Shown here: piece after piece, positions 6,454 to 14,782 of the stretch
Layout of the letters: each line of letters begins with the position of its first letter
Position numbering within the stretch: the first letter of the stretch is position 1
Origin: Chlamydiota bacterium
Lineage (GTDB): Bacteria > Auribacterota > JACPWU01
Assembly (NCBI GenBank): GCA_016196885.1
Contig: JACPWU010000012.1
Coordinates: forward strand, 1-32,000
Direction: 5' to 3'
Length of the DNA: 32,000 nucleotides
The notes under the pieces: model-generated
Database searches by the model: none
Told to the model about the DNA's origin: nothing
Seen by the model: only the letters and a program-made list of their open reading frames with translations
Position numbers and translations under genes: made by a program

Positions 6454-7446
6454 ATGAACACACACATGATTGTCCTCGCTGAAACAGAACAGGGCCAAGC
6501 CAAGCCCATCTCTTTTGAGTTGGTTGCTGCCGCTCGAAAAATGGCGGATGGGCTCTCTTTGAAAGTGGCTGTAATCGCTTTGGGTCTTTCGGATGAGAAA
6601 GCGGCGCAGGGTTTCATTTATTCTGGAGCGGATGAAGTTTATTGGGCTAAGGACGAGCGTCTTTCAGGACCCGCAAATGAAATTCATGCGCGGCTCATCA
6701 TGGATGTTTTTAAGAAGGCACAGCCTGAATTTATCCTTTTGGGGGCGACCCCTTTTGGGAGGTGGCTGGGCGGCAATTTGATGGCTCAATTAAAATGTGG
6801 TTTTTCTTCATCCATTACTCATTTTGATGTCAAAGAAAATTCCTTAAAAATGCATCGCCCTTGTTTTGGGGGAAGAAGGGTCACGCAAGTGGAATTCTCT
6901 CAAGAAAGGCCGCAATTGATTTCCATTCGGCCGCATTGTTTTAGCGCTTTAAGTCCTGATCAAAATCGCAAAGGTGTTTTGGAGGAAATAAAAGTTTCCC
7001 AGGATGATTTTTCTAAAGCCAAATCCAAGGTGATTCAATTTCATGCGGATAGCGAACGTGAGAAAGATGTGGCCGAGGCGGACATTGTCGTTTCGGGGGG
7101 CAGAGGCCTCAAGGCGCCTGAAAATTTTAAGGTCATTCGCGAGCTTGCCCAGGTGTTGGACGCAGCGGTCGGCGCCAGCCGGGTCGCAGTGGATTTGGGG
7201 TGGATCCCTTATCCCCATCAGGTGGGGCAGACCGGAAAAACCATCAAGCCAAAAATTTATTTTGCCTGTGGGATTTCAGGGGCGATTCAGCATCTTTTTG
7301 GCATGCGTCAATCAGATACCATCATTGTGATCAATAAAGACTCTACCGCTCCCATTCTTCAAGTAGCGGATTACGCCATCATCGGCGACCTTTTTGAAAT
7401 TGTGCCTGAGCTGACAAAGAAGTTTAAGGAAGTGTTGAAGAGATAG
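6454..7446 (+). CDS. etfA: Electron transfer flavoprotein alpha subunit
   Basis: C-terminal FAD-binding signature ADIVVSGGRGL...AAVGASRVAVDLGWIPYPHQVGQTGKTIKPKIYFACGISGAIQH. Length is 330 aa. The alternative start is ATG 6466. Confidence 0.9.
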   Translation: MNTHMIVLAETEQGQAKPISFELVAAARKMADGLSLKVAVIALGLSDEKAAQGFIYSGADEVYWAKDERLSGPANEIHARLIMDVFKKAQPEFILLGATPFGRWLGGNLMAQLKCGFSSSITHFDVKENSLKMHRPCFGGRRVTQVEFSQERPQLISIRPHCFSALSPDQNRKGVLEEIKVSQDDFSKAKSKVIQFHADSEREKDVAEADIVVSGGRGLKAPENFKVIRELAQVLDAAVGASRVAVDLGWIPYPHQVGQTGKTIKPKIYFACGISGAIQHLFGMRQSDTIIVINKDSTAPILQVADYAIIGDLFEIVPELTKKFKEVLKR

Positions 7447-7506
7447 AATAAATAGATTGGCTATCAGATTTCTACAAAAATCCATCCATGTGATTTTCGT
7501 TCTTGA

Positions 7507-8011
<505 letters not shown>

Positions 8012-8053
8012 TTGCTCAATTACAAGTCAGTATAACGTTTATTTTCTATCTCC

Positions 8054-8082
8054 TTGACAGTGTCCTTTTCATTCCCTAAGAT
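8054..8082 (+). promoter_or_regulatory. Sigma70-like promoter candidate (TTGACA-N17-TAAGAT)
   Basis: TTGACA at 8054-8059 and TAAGAT at 8077-8082. It shares the CTTGACAGTGT...TAAG pattern with the lysS upstream region. Confidence 0.5.
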
Positions 8083-8106
8083 GTCTAAAATCTAAAGAGA
8101 AATCTT

Positions 8107-9102
8107 ATGAAAAAACTTATTTCTTCCTTCATTGCATTCTTTTTATTGCTCGTTTTTATCCCTTCCACTTTTGCGGTTTGGGTTTGGGATCCTAAGACAG
8201 GGAAATGGACCAATCCCAAGTATGAGGTGAAGGGCTCTGCCAAGGCCCAACTGGAGCATGCCGAGAGCTTCGAGAAAAAGGGAGAGTGGGAGAGGGCGGC
8301 GAAGGAGTACAAGAAATTGGTCAAGGCCTATCCCACCAGTCCTCTGGCGCCTCAGGCCCTGGTTCGGCAAGCCGAGGATGATGAAAAGGCCGGATTTTAT
8401 TATGAGGCCTATCAGGCCTATCAAATGCTGGTGGAAAAATATCCTTCTTACACGGACATGGAGGGGGTGGTGAAGGAGGAGTATCGGATTGGAAGCCTTT
8501 TTCTGTCTGGTAAAAAAAGGAAGCTTAAATTGATTAAGCTTGCTCTTTTCCCCTCCATGGATATCGCTGTTGAGATTTTTCAAAAAGTGGTGGCCAATTT
8601 TCCCTTTGGTGATCTCGCCGATGATGCCCAGTTTGGAATTGGAAGGGCTTATGAGAAACAGAAAAAATATGATGAGGCCATGGATGCCTATAAGACCCTG
8701 ATTAAGACTTACGATAAAAGTGCTTTGAAGGATGAGGCGAAGTACAGAATGGGTTTATCTGCCTACAAGCAATCAAGGGGGGCCTCTTATGATCAGGCCG
8801 CAACGGATAAGGCCCTGGAAATTTTTGGTGAATTTGTCAGAGAGTATCCTGGGAGTAAAAGAATGAATGAGGTCAAGGCCAAGATTCAGGAGCTTCGCGA
8901 TAGAAAGGCTCAGGGGCTTTTTCAAACAGCTGCTTATTACGATAAAGTGGGGGATGACCCATCGGCCTTGGTGTATTATCAACAAGTCGTAAGTCAGTTT
9001 CCGGACAGCTCTCAGGCAAAACTTGCTGGGAGGCGTGTAGAGGTCTTGAGTCAGCCTTCCAAGAAGGAAGATGTAAAAACGACGGAGAATAAAAGTAAAT
9101 GA
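8107..9102 (+). CDS. TPR-repeat outer-membrane assembly protein, BamD/YfiO-like
   Basis: Signal peptide followed by repeated TPR-like helices (e.g. DDAQFGIGRAYEKQKKYDEAMDAYKTLIKTY; ALVYYQQVVSQFPDS). Adjacent to, and translationally coupled (ATGA overlap) with, an LptE-like gene. No lipobox Cys was seen, so the BamD assignment is tentative. Confidence 0.5.
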   Translation: MKKLISSFIAFFLLLVFIPSTFAVWVWDPKTGKWTNPKYEVKGSAKAQLEHAESFEKKGEWERAAKEYKKLVKAYPTSPLAPQALVRQAEDDEKAGFYYEAYQAYQMLVEKYPSYTDMEGVVKEEYRIGSLFLSGKKRKLKLIKLALFPSMDIAVEIFQKVVANFPFGDLADDAQFGIGRAYEKQKKYDEAMDAYKTLIKTYDKSALKDEAKYRMGLSAYKQSRGASYDQAATDKALEIFGEFVREYPGSKRMNEVKAKIQELRDRKAQGLFQTAAYYDKVGDDPSALVYYQQVVSQFPDSSQAKLAGRRVEVLSQPSKKEDVKTTENKSK

Positions 9103-9632
9103 AAAAAAGTTTTTGCTGGATACTGCTTTTGGCCCTCGCCTTTTCGGGATGCGGCTATCGGGTGGGCTCCATTTTACCGACACACACCAAGGCCATTGCG
9201 GTTCCCACCTTTCAGAATAAGACGCAGGAGCCGGGAGTAGAAATGGGAATCACCAATCAAATCATCAACCAGTTTCAAATTGATGGCACCCTTCAGGTTG
9301 TTGAAGAAGAAGATGCGGATTTAAAATTAGACGGAGCCATCATCGAATATCGTCGGGAACCTCTCAGATTTGCTGGGCAGGATTTTAAGCAAGTCACAGA
9401 ATATCGCTTGCGCCTGATCACTCATTTGACTTTGATTGATCTTAAGACGGGAGAGCCTTTATGGAAGGACAGGGTGGTAGAGGGAGAGACCACTTATTTC
9501 GTTTCGGGGAGCTTTCGGGAGAGCGAGCGTACGGCCTTGGGGGCCTTGACGAGCCAGGAGCGCTCTGGGCTTCCGACCCTTGAAGAAGACTTGGCGCATG
9601 ATGTGGTGGAATCGGTGGTAGAAGGTTGGTAA
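9099..9632 (+). CDS. lptE: LptE-like LPS-assembly lipoprotein
   Basis: Lipobox LAFSGC followed directly by GYRVGS, as in the LptE N-termini CG[FY]xL[RK]G. Size is 177 aa. Confidence 0.55.
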   Translation: MKKSFCWILLLALAFSGCGYRVGSILPTHTKAIAVPTFQNKTQEPGVEMGITNQIINQFQIDGTLQVVEEEDADLKLDGAIIEYRREPLRFAGQDFKQVTEYRLRLITHLTLIDLKTGEPLWKDRVVEGETTYFVSGSFRESERTALGALTSQERSGLPTLEEDLAHDVVESVVEGW

Positions 9633-9646
9633 TTCAATTTTAGATT

Positions 9647-9776
9647 AGGCATATGCACTTGATTCCCCTAGTAGTCGCCCGATTCATCGGGCAATTCATG
9701 CAAGGGGCACAAGGCTGCCCCATAAATGGGGCGACTACAAATTCTTGCTATCTGAGGGAATCAAGTGCATATGCCT
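9647..9776. mobile_element. 130-bp MITE-like element: perfect 21-bp terminal inverted repeats, REPIN core, 10-bp target-site duplication
   Basis: AGGCATATGCACTTGATTCCC (9647-9667) is the exact reverse complement of 9756-9776. It is flanked by direct ATTTTAGATT at 9637-9646 and 9777-9786. The core holds REP units 9671-9692 and 9717-9738. Confidence 0.75.
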
Positions 9777-9811
9777 ATTTTAGATTTTAGATTGCGGATT
9801 TTAGATTGTGG
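9777..9811. repeat. Tandem heptamers ATTTTAG ATTTTAG ATTGCGG ATTTTAG ATTGTGG
   Basis: Direct reading shows five consecutive 7-nt units. Confidence 0.85.
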
Positions 9812-9878
9812 AATAAAATGAGAAAAGCGCCCTGGAAAGTGAGGGGGGGCACACTTTCTCGAAGACGCCTTTCTCTGT

Positions 9879-9898
9879 GACGGGTCATGAGACCCGTC
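9879..9898. terminator. 8-bp GC hairpin GACGGGTC-ATGA-GACCCGTC just 3' of the pilin-like gene stop
   Basis: Perfect stem. A T-rich tract follows on the + strand (CATTTCTTTTT). No T-run follows on the - strand. Confidence 0.35.
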
Positions 9899-9902
9899 CA
9901 CT

Positions 9903-12341
9903 TCATTTCTTTTTGCCTGATAATAAAGCCTTCAAAATTGCCTTCAAAAGCTCGCTTGAACTCTTCCTCGAAAAACTGCTACTCCCACTGCTTGTGCTTG
10001 TACTGGAAGAACATGTTGTGCTCGAGCTTGAAGGGGTAGTAGAAGATGAACTTCCAGAACTTTCCCAGCTTCCAGACCAAGAACCTGACGCATTGTTCGT
10101 GCTCTCCTCAGAGCTGGTGGATCCTGAACTGCTTGTGGAAGAGCTGCTCGTCGTTTGACTGCTTGACGAAGATGTTGAGCTCGTCGTTGATGAATCTGTG
10201 GAACTAGAGCTTGGAGTAGAGCTACTGCTTGAAGAACTTGTATCTGAACTTGAAGAGCTGCTGCTGGAAGAGCCGCCTCCAGAGGAACTGGTAGAGCCGG
10301 ACGTCGCTCCTCCCGAATCTGTGCTGGCTGATGATGAATCCGTTGAGCCGGAAGAACTTCCACCCGTGCTCGAATCCGAGCTTGTTGAAGCAGGGCTGCT
10401 GGAATCACTCGATGAAGAAGTAGAAGTTGAGCTTGAAGACGAGGAGGTTTTATTGATATCCACCAAGACCACCAAATCATTCATGTCATAGCCCGGATTG
10501 GGATCCCCGTTGGAAAGATAGGGATTCGTTTGACCCATTTCGAAAAAGTAAATGACCTGATTGTCTGAAAGGTTCATCACGGTTGTCCCATCGCCTGTGA
10601 TTTCTGTATAGTCTTCGACGGCTTCGCCGACGCTCATTTGATCCCATAATCCCGGAACGGTTGGGACAGCATCCCCGTCTTGCAATGCCCACACTTGAAC
10701 TCCCAGATCGTCTTCGGTGTTGTATTCAGATTGGACAGTGGATTTCCAAACCCATTGTGTTTTTCCGTTGACTGTAACTTTGGTCTTTTCCCAATATTCC
10801 GAGATTCCGAAAATATCTACTTGGGAACCTTCTTCAAAGGAAAGAGAGCTGTCCCAATCGAATGGGTCTAGTTCTTCCTCTGACATGTCACCCGTAGCGC
10901 CATGCCCTTCAGGATCCATCATGTAATAAGTTGTTTTTCCGCCATCTGGAGAGGTCACCAAAATATTTACAAAAAGTTCATACCAACTGTTTTGATCCAT
11001 GGCGTATTGAGCCGTAAGGATAGAAACATGGAGAAAGGCATCATAGTTTAAGCTGATGGTTCCATCATCCAAATCAAACAAGGGGATCTCGGTCTCACTA
11101 TCGCTTTCTGTCTCGCCCTCTTCTATGATTTGCGATTGTTCTGTAGAGGTTTCATCAGCGGAGACACTTTCTGAGGAGACACTTTCTGAATCTTGATGAT
11201 TTCCTGTGCCCATTTCATCATCATCATAGCCATCATGGGTTGCCTCTGTGTCAGTGGAATCATCATGCCCATGGTTGCCGCCCCCTTGGCCGGGATTGTC
11301 TTCATCATCATGATCGGTATTGTTGCCGTGGCCATTGTTGTTGTGTTCACCATCGTTTCCGCTGCCATTGTCATGATCGTCATCTTCCTGATCGTCTTCG
11401 CCTGAAGAATCATCATTTCCTAATTCTTCACTGTTGTCATCATCCTCATCTGTGCTTTCACCGCCGCTACCATCATCGCTGCCATTATCCACATCGCTGT
11501 TGTCAGAACCAGATCCATTGCCATTGTCGTCCCCTCCATTTTCATCGTCACCGGCGTCGTTTCCTTCATCCCCTGAATCTCCACCTCCACTTCCCCCATC
11601 TATAATGGTGACGTCGCCCCCACCTCCCGTGCTGCCGCCGCTATCACCTCCGCTATCTCCTCCAGAATCTCCATCGCTAAAGAAAAGAATGCCTCCACCC
11701 CCTCCGCCACTGCCTGTGTCGGAATCCGTGTCTGAGGTAGGATCTCCGGAACTCGCCGCTATGGCATTTTCAGAATCTCCCAATTGTATGAACTTGACCC
11801 ATTCCACATGGCCGTCTGCGAATCCAGCCAAGGCTCCTTTAAAATGTCGGGGGGCTACATCTTCTACGGTTGAAATGACATCTGTGTTGGTACTGTCGGC
11901 AAGAATAATCGTTTCCGAAGGGCCTTCAACGGCACTTAAATTAGCACCCTGAATGAGGGCATTGATTCCGTAAGAATAAACAGGGGTTGAATCTGTGATT
12001 TCTCCATTGACCTTGGGGCAGCGTGTCACGCTCAAGAGTTGATCATAATAATTTTGGACCGTTGCATCGGCATACGCGAAACCCTCCTGGGTCGTTTCTG
12101 GGTCAGAACTTGTCGAGCCTAAAAGGGCTAAATCGGTGGGGAAGGTGTCATGGTCGTTTGCATACATGATCAGAGCGGCTGCTAAATTCTTTTGATTGTT
12201 GATGCACTTGGCCTGCAGCCCTTTTTCTCGAGCTGAGGTAATGGCGGATACCAGTAAGCTCGCCACAATGATAATAATGCCGATAGAGGAAAGAAGTTCA
12301 AGGGTGCTAAAGCCATCGGGGTATCTTTTATTTTTTTTCAT
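9903..12341 (-). CDS. Prepilin-type N-terminal cleavage/methylation protein of the H-X9-DG family, extended to 812 aa by low-complexity tracts and an unassigned beta-rich domain
   Basis: KRYPDG|FSTLELL plus a hydrophobic helix forms the class III signal. HFKGALAGFADGH is the H-X9-DG motif. AAGGAG lies 7 nt upstream of the ATG at 12341, and the ORF-track start 12470 has no SD. A D/G/N/S/H-rich tract spans ~11095-11760, a globular segment ~10449-11094, and a Ser/Thr tract 9906-10448. Confidence 0.85.
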   Translation of the reverse strand: MKKNKRYPDGFSTLELLSSIGIIIIVASLLVSAITSAREKGLQAKCINNQKNLAAALIMYANDHDTFPTDLALLGSTSSDPETTQEGFAYADATVQNYYDQLLSVTRCPKVNGEITDSTPVYSYGINALIQGANLSAVEGPSETIILADSTNTDVISTVEDVAPRHFKGALAGFADGHVEWVKFIQLGDSENAIAASSGDPTSDTDSDTGSGGGGGGILFFSDGDSGGDSGGDSGGSTGGGGDVTIIDGGSGGGDSGDEGNDAGDDENGGDDNGNGSGSDNSDVDNGSDDGSGGESTDEDDDNSEELGNDDSSGEDDQEDDDHDNGSGNDGEHNNNGHGNNTDHDDEDNPGQGGGNHGHDDSTDTEATHDGYDDDEMGTGNHQDSESVSSESVSADETSTEQSQIIEEGETESDSETEIPLFDLDDGTISLNYDAFLHVSILTAQYAMDQNSWYELFVNILVTSPDGGKTTYYMMDPEGHGATGDMSEEELDPFDWDSSLSFEEGSQVDIFGISEYWEKTKVTVNGKTQWVWKSTVQSEYNTEDDLGVQVWALQDGDAVPTVPGLWDQMSVGEAVEDYTEITGDGTTVMNLSDNQVIYFFEMGQTNPYLSNGDPNPGYDMNDLVVLVDINKTSSSSSSTSTSSSSDSSSPASTSSDSSTGGSSSGSTDSSSASTDSGGATSGSTSSSGGGSSSSSSSSSDTSSSSSSSTPSSSSTDSSTTSSTSSSSSQTTSSSSTSSSGSTSSEESTNNASGSWSGSWESSGSSSSTTPSSSSTTCSSSTSTSSGSSSFSRKSSSELLKAILKALLSGKKK

Positions 12342-12403
12342 GGCCAACTCCTTTGGTGCTTCCGCTCTCCATGCATCCAAAGCATGCTGCCCAAAATAAA
12401 AAA

Positions 12404-12432
12404 GCCTATTCTTTTGTTTCGAAAGAATAGGC
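12404..12432 (-). terminator. Intrinsic terminator on the minus strand, 62 nt upstream of the pilin-like start codon
   Basis: 11-bp stem GCCTATTCTTT / AAAGAATAGGC with a 7-nt loop. On the minus strand it is followed by TTTTTTATTTT. Confidence 0.65.
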
Positions 12433-12473
12433 CACGCATACCCCATCATCCTTGGTAGTTCAGCCACCACATT

Positions 12474-12560
12474 AAAAACCGAGAATCGAGACTCGAGAAT
12501 CGATAATCAATCACATCTTACGGATCGACTCTCACTTATCGCTCCTCGATCCTCGGTTTT
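12474..12560. repeat. Long imperfect palindrome built from GAGAATC-type heptamers
   Basis: The left arm is AAAAACC + GAGAATC GAGACTC GAGAATC GATAATC (12481-12508). The right arm is TTATCGCTCCTCGATCCTCGGTTTT (12536-12560). Confidence 0.75.
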
Positions 12561-12783
12561 AACAGGTCTGTAACTTTGCGTCCTATTCTTTCGAATAGTT
12601 TGCCCTTTTCAAGGCCTGTCTTCTACAGGTACTACATTCTAGTCCAACGCCACTAAGCAAGATAGCATTGATTCCACTCACGAGTCAAGCTTTTTCTGAT
12701 ATTTTTAGATGATTCTTGAGGCTTGAAAACACGAGGGATAGGTCTACAGGTGAGGATAAAGCAATTTTGAGTTGTTAGTTTTA

Positions 12784-12808
12784 AGTTTTGAGTTAAAAAC
12801 TCAAAACT
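12784..12808 (-). terminator. 11-bp hairpin overlapping the stop codon of the TusA-like gene
   Basis: AGTTTTGAGTT (12784-12794), loop AAA, AACTCAAAACT (12798-12808). The stop TGA is the complement of 12801-12803. No clear T-run is present. Confidence 0.35.
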
Positions 12809-13031
12809 GCTTTCTAACTCGGAATCGTATCAGGTTTTTTTCTTCCTTCATGCCCATGAACAGGTTTTTTGTGCTCACACACCACGCCAGCAAGTCCGTT
12901 TTCATGCCCCAATCATCGGAAAGAATCTCCAGCATTTGGCCTTTTTTCATTTTTTGAATCTGTTTGGCTGTTTCGATAATGGGCTGGGGGCAAAGAAGGC
13001 CTAGGGTGTTAAGTTGTGTATGGGATTTCAT
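12801..13031 (-). CDS. TusA/SirA-family sulfurtransferase-like protein (76 aa)
   Basis: N-terminal LNTLGLLCPQPI carries the conserved CPxP active-site motif of the TusA/YedF/SirA family. The size is typical. No obvious SD. Confidence 0.7.
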   Translation of the reverse strand: MKSHTQLNTLGLLCPQPIIETAKQIQKMKKGQMLEILSDDWGMKTDLLAWCVSTKNLFMGMKEEKNLIRFRVRKQF

Positions 13032-13042
13032 AAAAAAAAGCA

Positions 13043-13070
13043 GTTTTGAATTTTTAGTTTTAAGTTTTTA
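13043..13070. repeat. Tandem heptamers GTTTTGA ATTTTTA GTTTTAA GTTTTTA
   Basis: Direct reading. Complementary to the TCAAAAC words at 13215-13242. Confidence 0.75.
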
Positions 13071-13214
13071 CTAAGGAGAGGAGGCCATATTCCACCCTAC
13101 ATGGATGATCTTTCTGGTTATAGTTTTGAGCCTCCTTATCCCATGTTTTTATAGTCCCTGTGGGATTAGTACTGTCAGAATTTATGAATAAAATTTAATG
13201 AACTGACTTGTAAT

Positions 13215-13242
13215 TCAAAACCAAGAACTCAAAACTCAAAAC
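13215..13242. repeat. Tandem heptamers TCAAAAC CAAGAAC TCAAAAC TCAAAAC
   Basis: Direct reading. The last unit contains the stop codon of the TolC-like gene (complement of 13236-13238). Confidence 0.75.
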
Positions 13243-14735
13243 TGTATTTTTATCTTTCTGCTTTTAAGCGTTGTGCCTTGCAATTTTTCGAGTTCAATCA
13301 CGGCTTTCAAATAGTCAATTTGGCTTTTGAGCTTGTTGGATTTTGCGATGGCGAGGTCTTCTTCAAAATCCAATACATTGTGGCTCGTAGAAGTTCCCAC
13401 CTCATATTTTTTTTGTTCGGCCCTGAGGGATTCTTCTGCGAAGTGCTGTGAGAGCTCTGATGCCTGAATTTTTTTCCAAAGCATCTTGACCTGGCTTGTT
13501 TGGGTGTCCACTTGAATGATGATATCGTCTTCTAGTTTTTTAAGTTGAAGCACCCCCTTTTTCTGTTCGAGTTTGCTTTTTTGATAGAGGGCTTGATTGG
13601 AGCGGTCTCCAATGGGGTATTTAAAAGCGATTCCAACACTCCAGAGAGGGTGATCGCCTCCATCGAGATCCTCAAAGGCATTTGCGAAGCCTCCGTTTAA
13701 GCCATTCCAACCTAAAGTACCTTCTAAATCTAAGCGAGGCAGTCTTTGATTTTGATAATATTTTAAAAGAATATTTTGATTCACAAGTTCTAGCTTTAGA
13801 CGCTGAAGGTCTTTCCGATTTTCCAAGGCCAGTCGAATTCTTTCTTCTGCCGTCCTGTCTTGATAAGAGGGAGAGGGAAGATCGGAGGGAACCATCTGTG
13901 TGGAAAGGTGTCCCTGCATGTCTTTTAAAATCAATCTCTTGAGCTGATTTTCTTTTTCTCTGATCTGTTGTTCAGAAACGAGAAGGGCTTCTTTTCGAGT
14001 TGCAACACCCGCCTCGGATTGAATCACCTCCAAAGGAGAAATCGTTCCCAATTTCTCGCGGATTTGATTTTGTTCCAGGAGAGATTCTGCGAGTTTAAGG
14101 GACTCTTTCTTGACCTCTAAATCTTGTAGGGTAAAAATCAAGTCCCAGTAAATGGACTCCACTTGGCTGATGATGTTGGACATGGTTTCTTCAAGTTGCA
14201 ATTTGGAGGAGAGGTGTTGATTTTTTGAAATGCGGATCCAAGCCATGTTGGCTCCTGTGCCAAAATCTTTTAAAAGCGGCTGGCGCAGAGTGCCAGAAAG
14301 ACTCTGGCTATATTCAGGACGAAAGAGATTGAAGGTGCTCGAGTCTCTCAGGGAGGTAAAGTCGAACACATATTCAGTTCCGGTTGGAATTTTTCCGGAC
14401 AGTTCATTAGAAAGGGAGAAGTCCCGGACTTCTGTTTCTTCAAGGCCCCCCGCCGCGATGGAGTATTGTTGAGTCAAGGGTTTCTTTTCATCTTTGTATT
14501 TAAGAAAGGAGGAAGCCACAGGATCAAAAACACCCTCCTTTTGCGTGATATCCCAAGCGGCGATTTCAGGATTGAATCTTTCGATTTTTAAATCGAAATT
14601 AGATTCAATGGCTTGGTCAACGGCGTCTTGGATGGAAAGTTTTGAAAGTTCTGCTTCTTGAGCGAAGCCTGAATAAAGGGTTGTGAAGAAAAGAAAGAGA
14701 AAGGATAGCGTTTTCATTTTGGGAAATGATATCAT
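13236..14735 (-). CDS. TolC-family outer membrane efflux protein
   Basis: Signal peptide (MKTLSFLFLFFTTLYSGFAQE) followed by two OEP-type coiled-coil repeats beginning LSIQDAVDQAIESNFDLK. The start may be the ATG at 14717 rather than 14735. Confidence 0.8.
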   Translation of the reverse strand: MISFPKMKTLSFLFLFFTTLYSGFAQEAELSKLSIQDAVDQAIESNFDLKIERFNPEIAAWDITQKEGVFDPVASSFLKYKDEKKPLTQQYSIAAGGLEETEVRDFSLSNELSGKIPTGTEYVFDFTSLRDSSTFNLFRPEYSQSLSGTLRQPLLKDFGTGANMAWIRISKNQHLSSKLQLEETMSNIISQVESIYWDLIFTLQDLEVKKESLKLAESLLEQNQIREKLGTISPLEVIQSEAGVATRKEALLVSEQQIREKENQLKRLILKDMQGHLSTQMVPSDLPSPSYQDRTAEERIRLALENRKDLQRLKLELVNQNILLKYYQNQRLPRLDLEGTLGWNGLNGGFANAFEDLDGGDHPLWSVGIAFKYPIGDRSNQALYQKSKLEQKKGVLQLKKLEDDIIIQVDTQTSQVKMLWKKIQASELSQHFAEESLRAEQKKYEVGTSTSHNVLDFEEDLAIAKSNKLKSQIDYLKAVIELEKLQGTTLKSRKIKIQF

Positions 14736-14782
14736 TTAAAACATTTATTGGAAATTGGAAATAACTCCCCCGACCCCTCTTG

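Noticed and set aside
9877-11952. Several long ORFs lie antisense or out of frame within the pilin-like gene (e.g. 9877-10158 +, 10198-10491 +, 11434-11952 +, 9944-10480 -, 11123-11416 -).
   Set aside because: They are low-complexity translations (Leu/Glu-, Pro/Ser- or His/Cys-rich) produced by the repetitive Ser/Asp/Gly codons of the real gene. They have no start context and no recognisable fold.
13100-13153. A 17-codon mini-ORF (MDDLSGYSFEPPYPMFL) lies downstream of AAGGAGAGGAGG in the TusA-like/TolC-like spacer.
   Set aside because: The SD-like run is 16 nt from the ATG, which is too far. The ORF is on the strand opposite both neighbours, and there is no supporting conservation.
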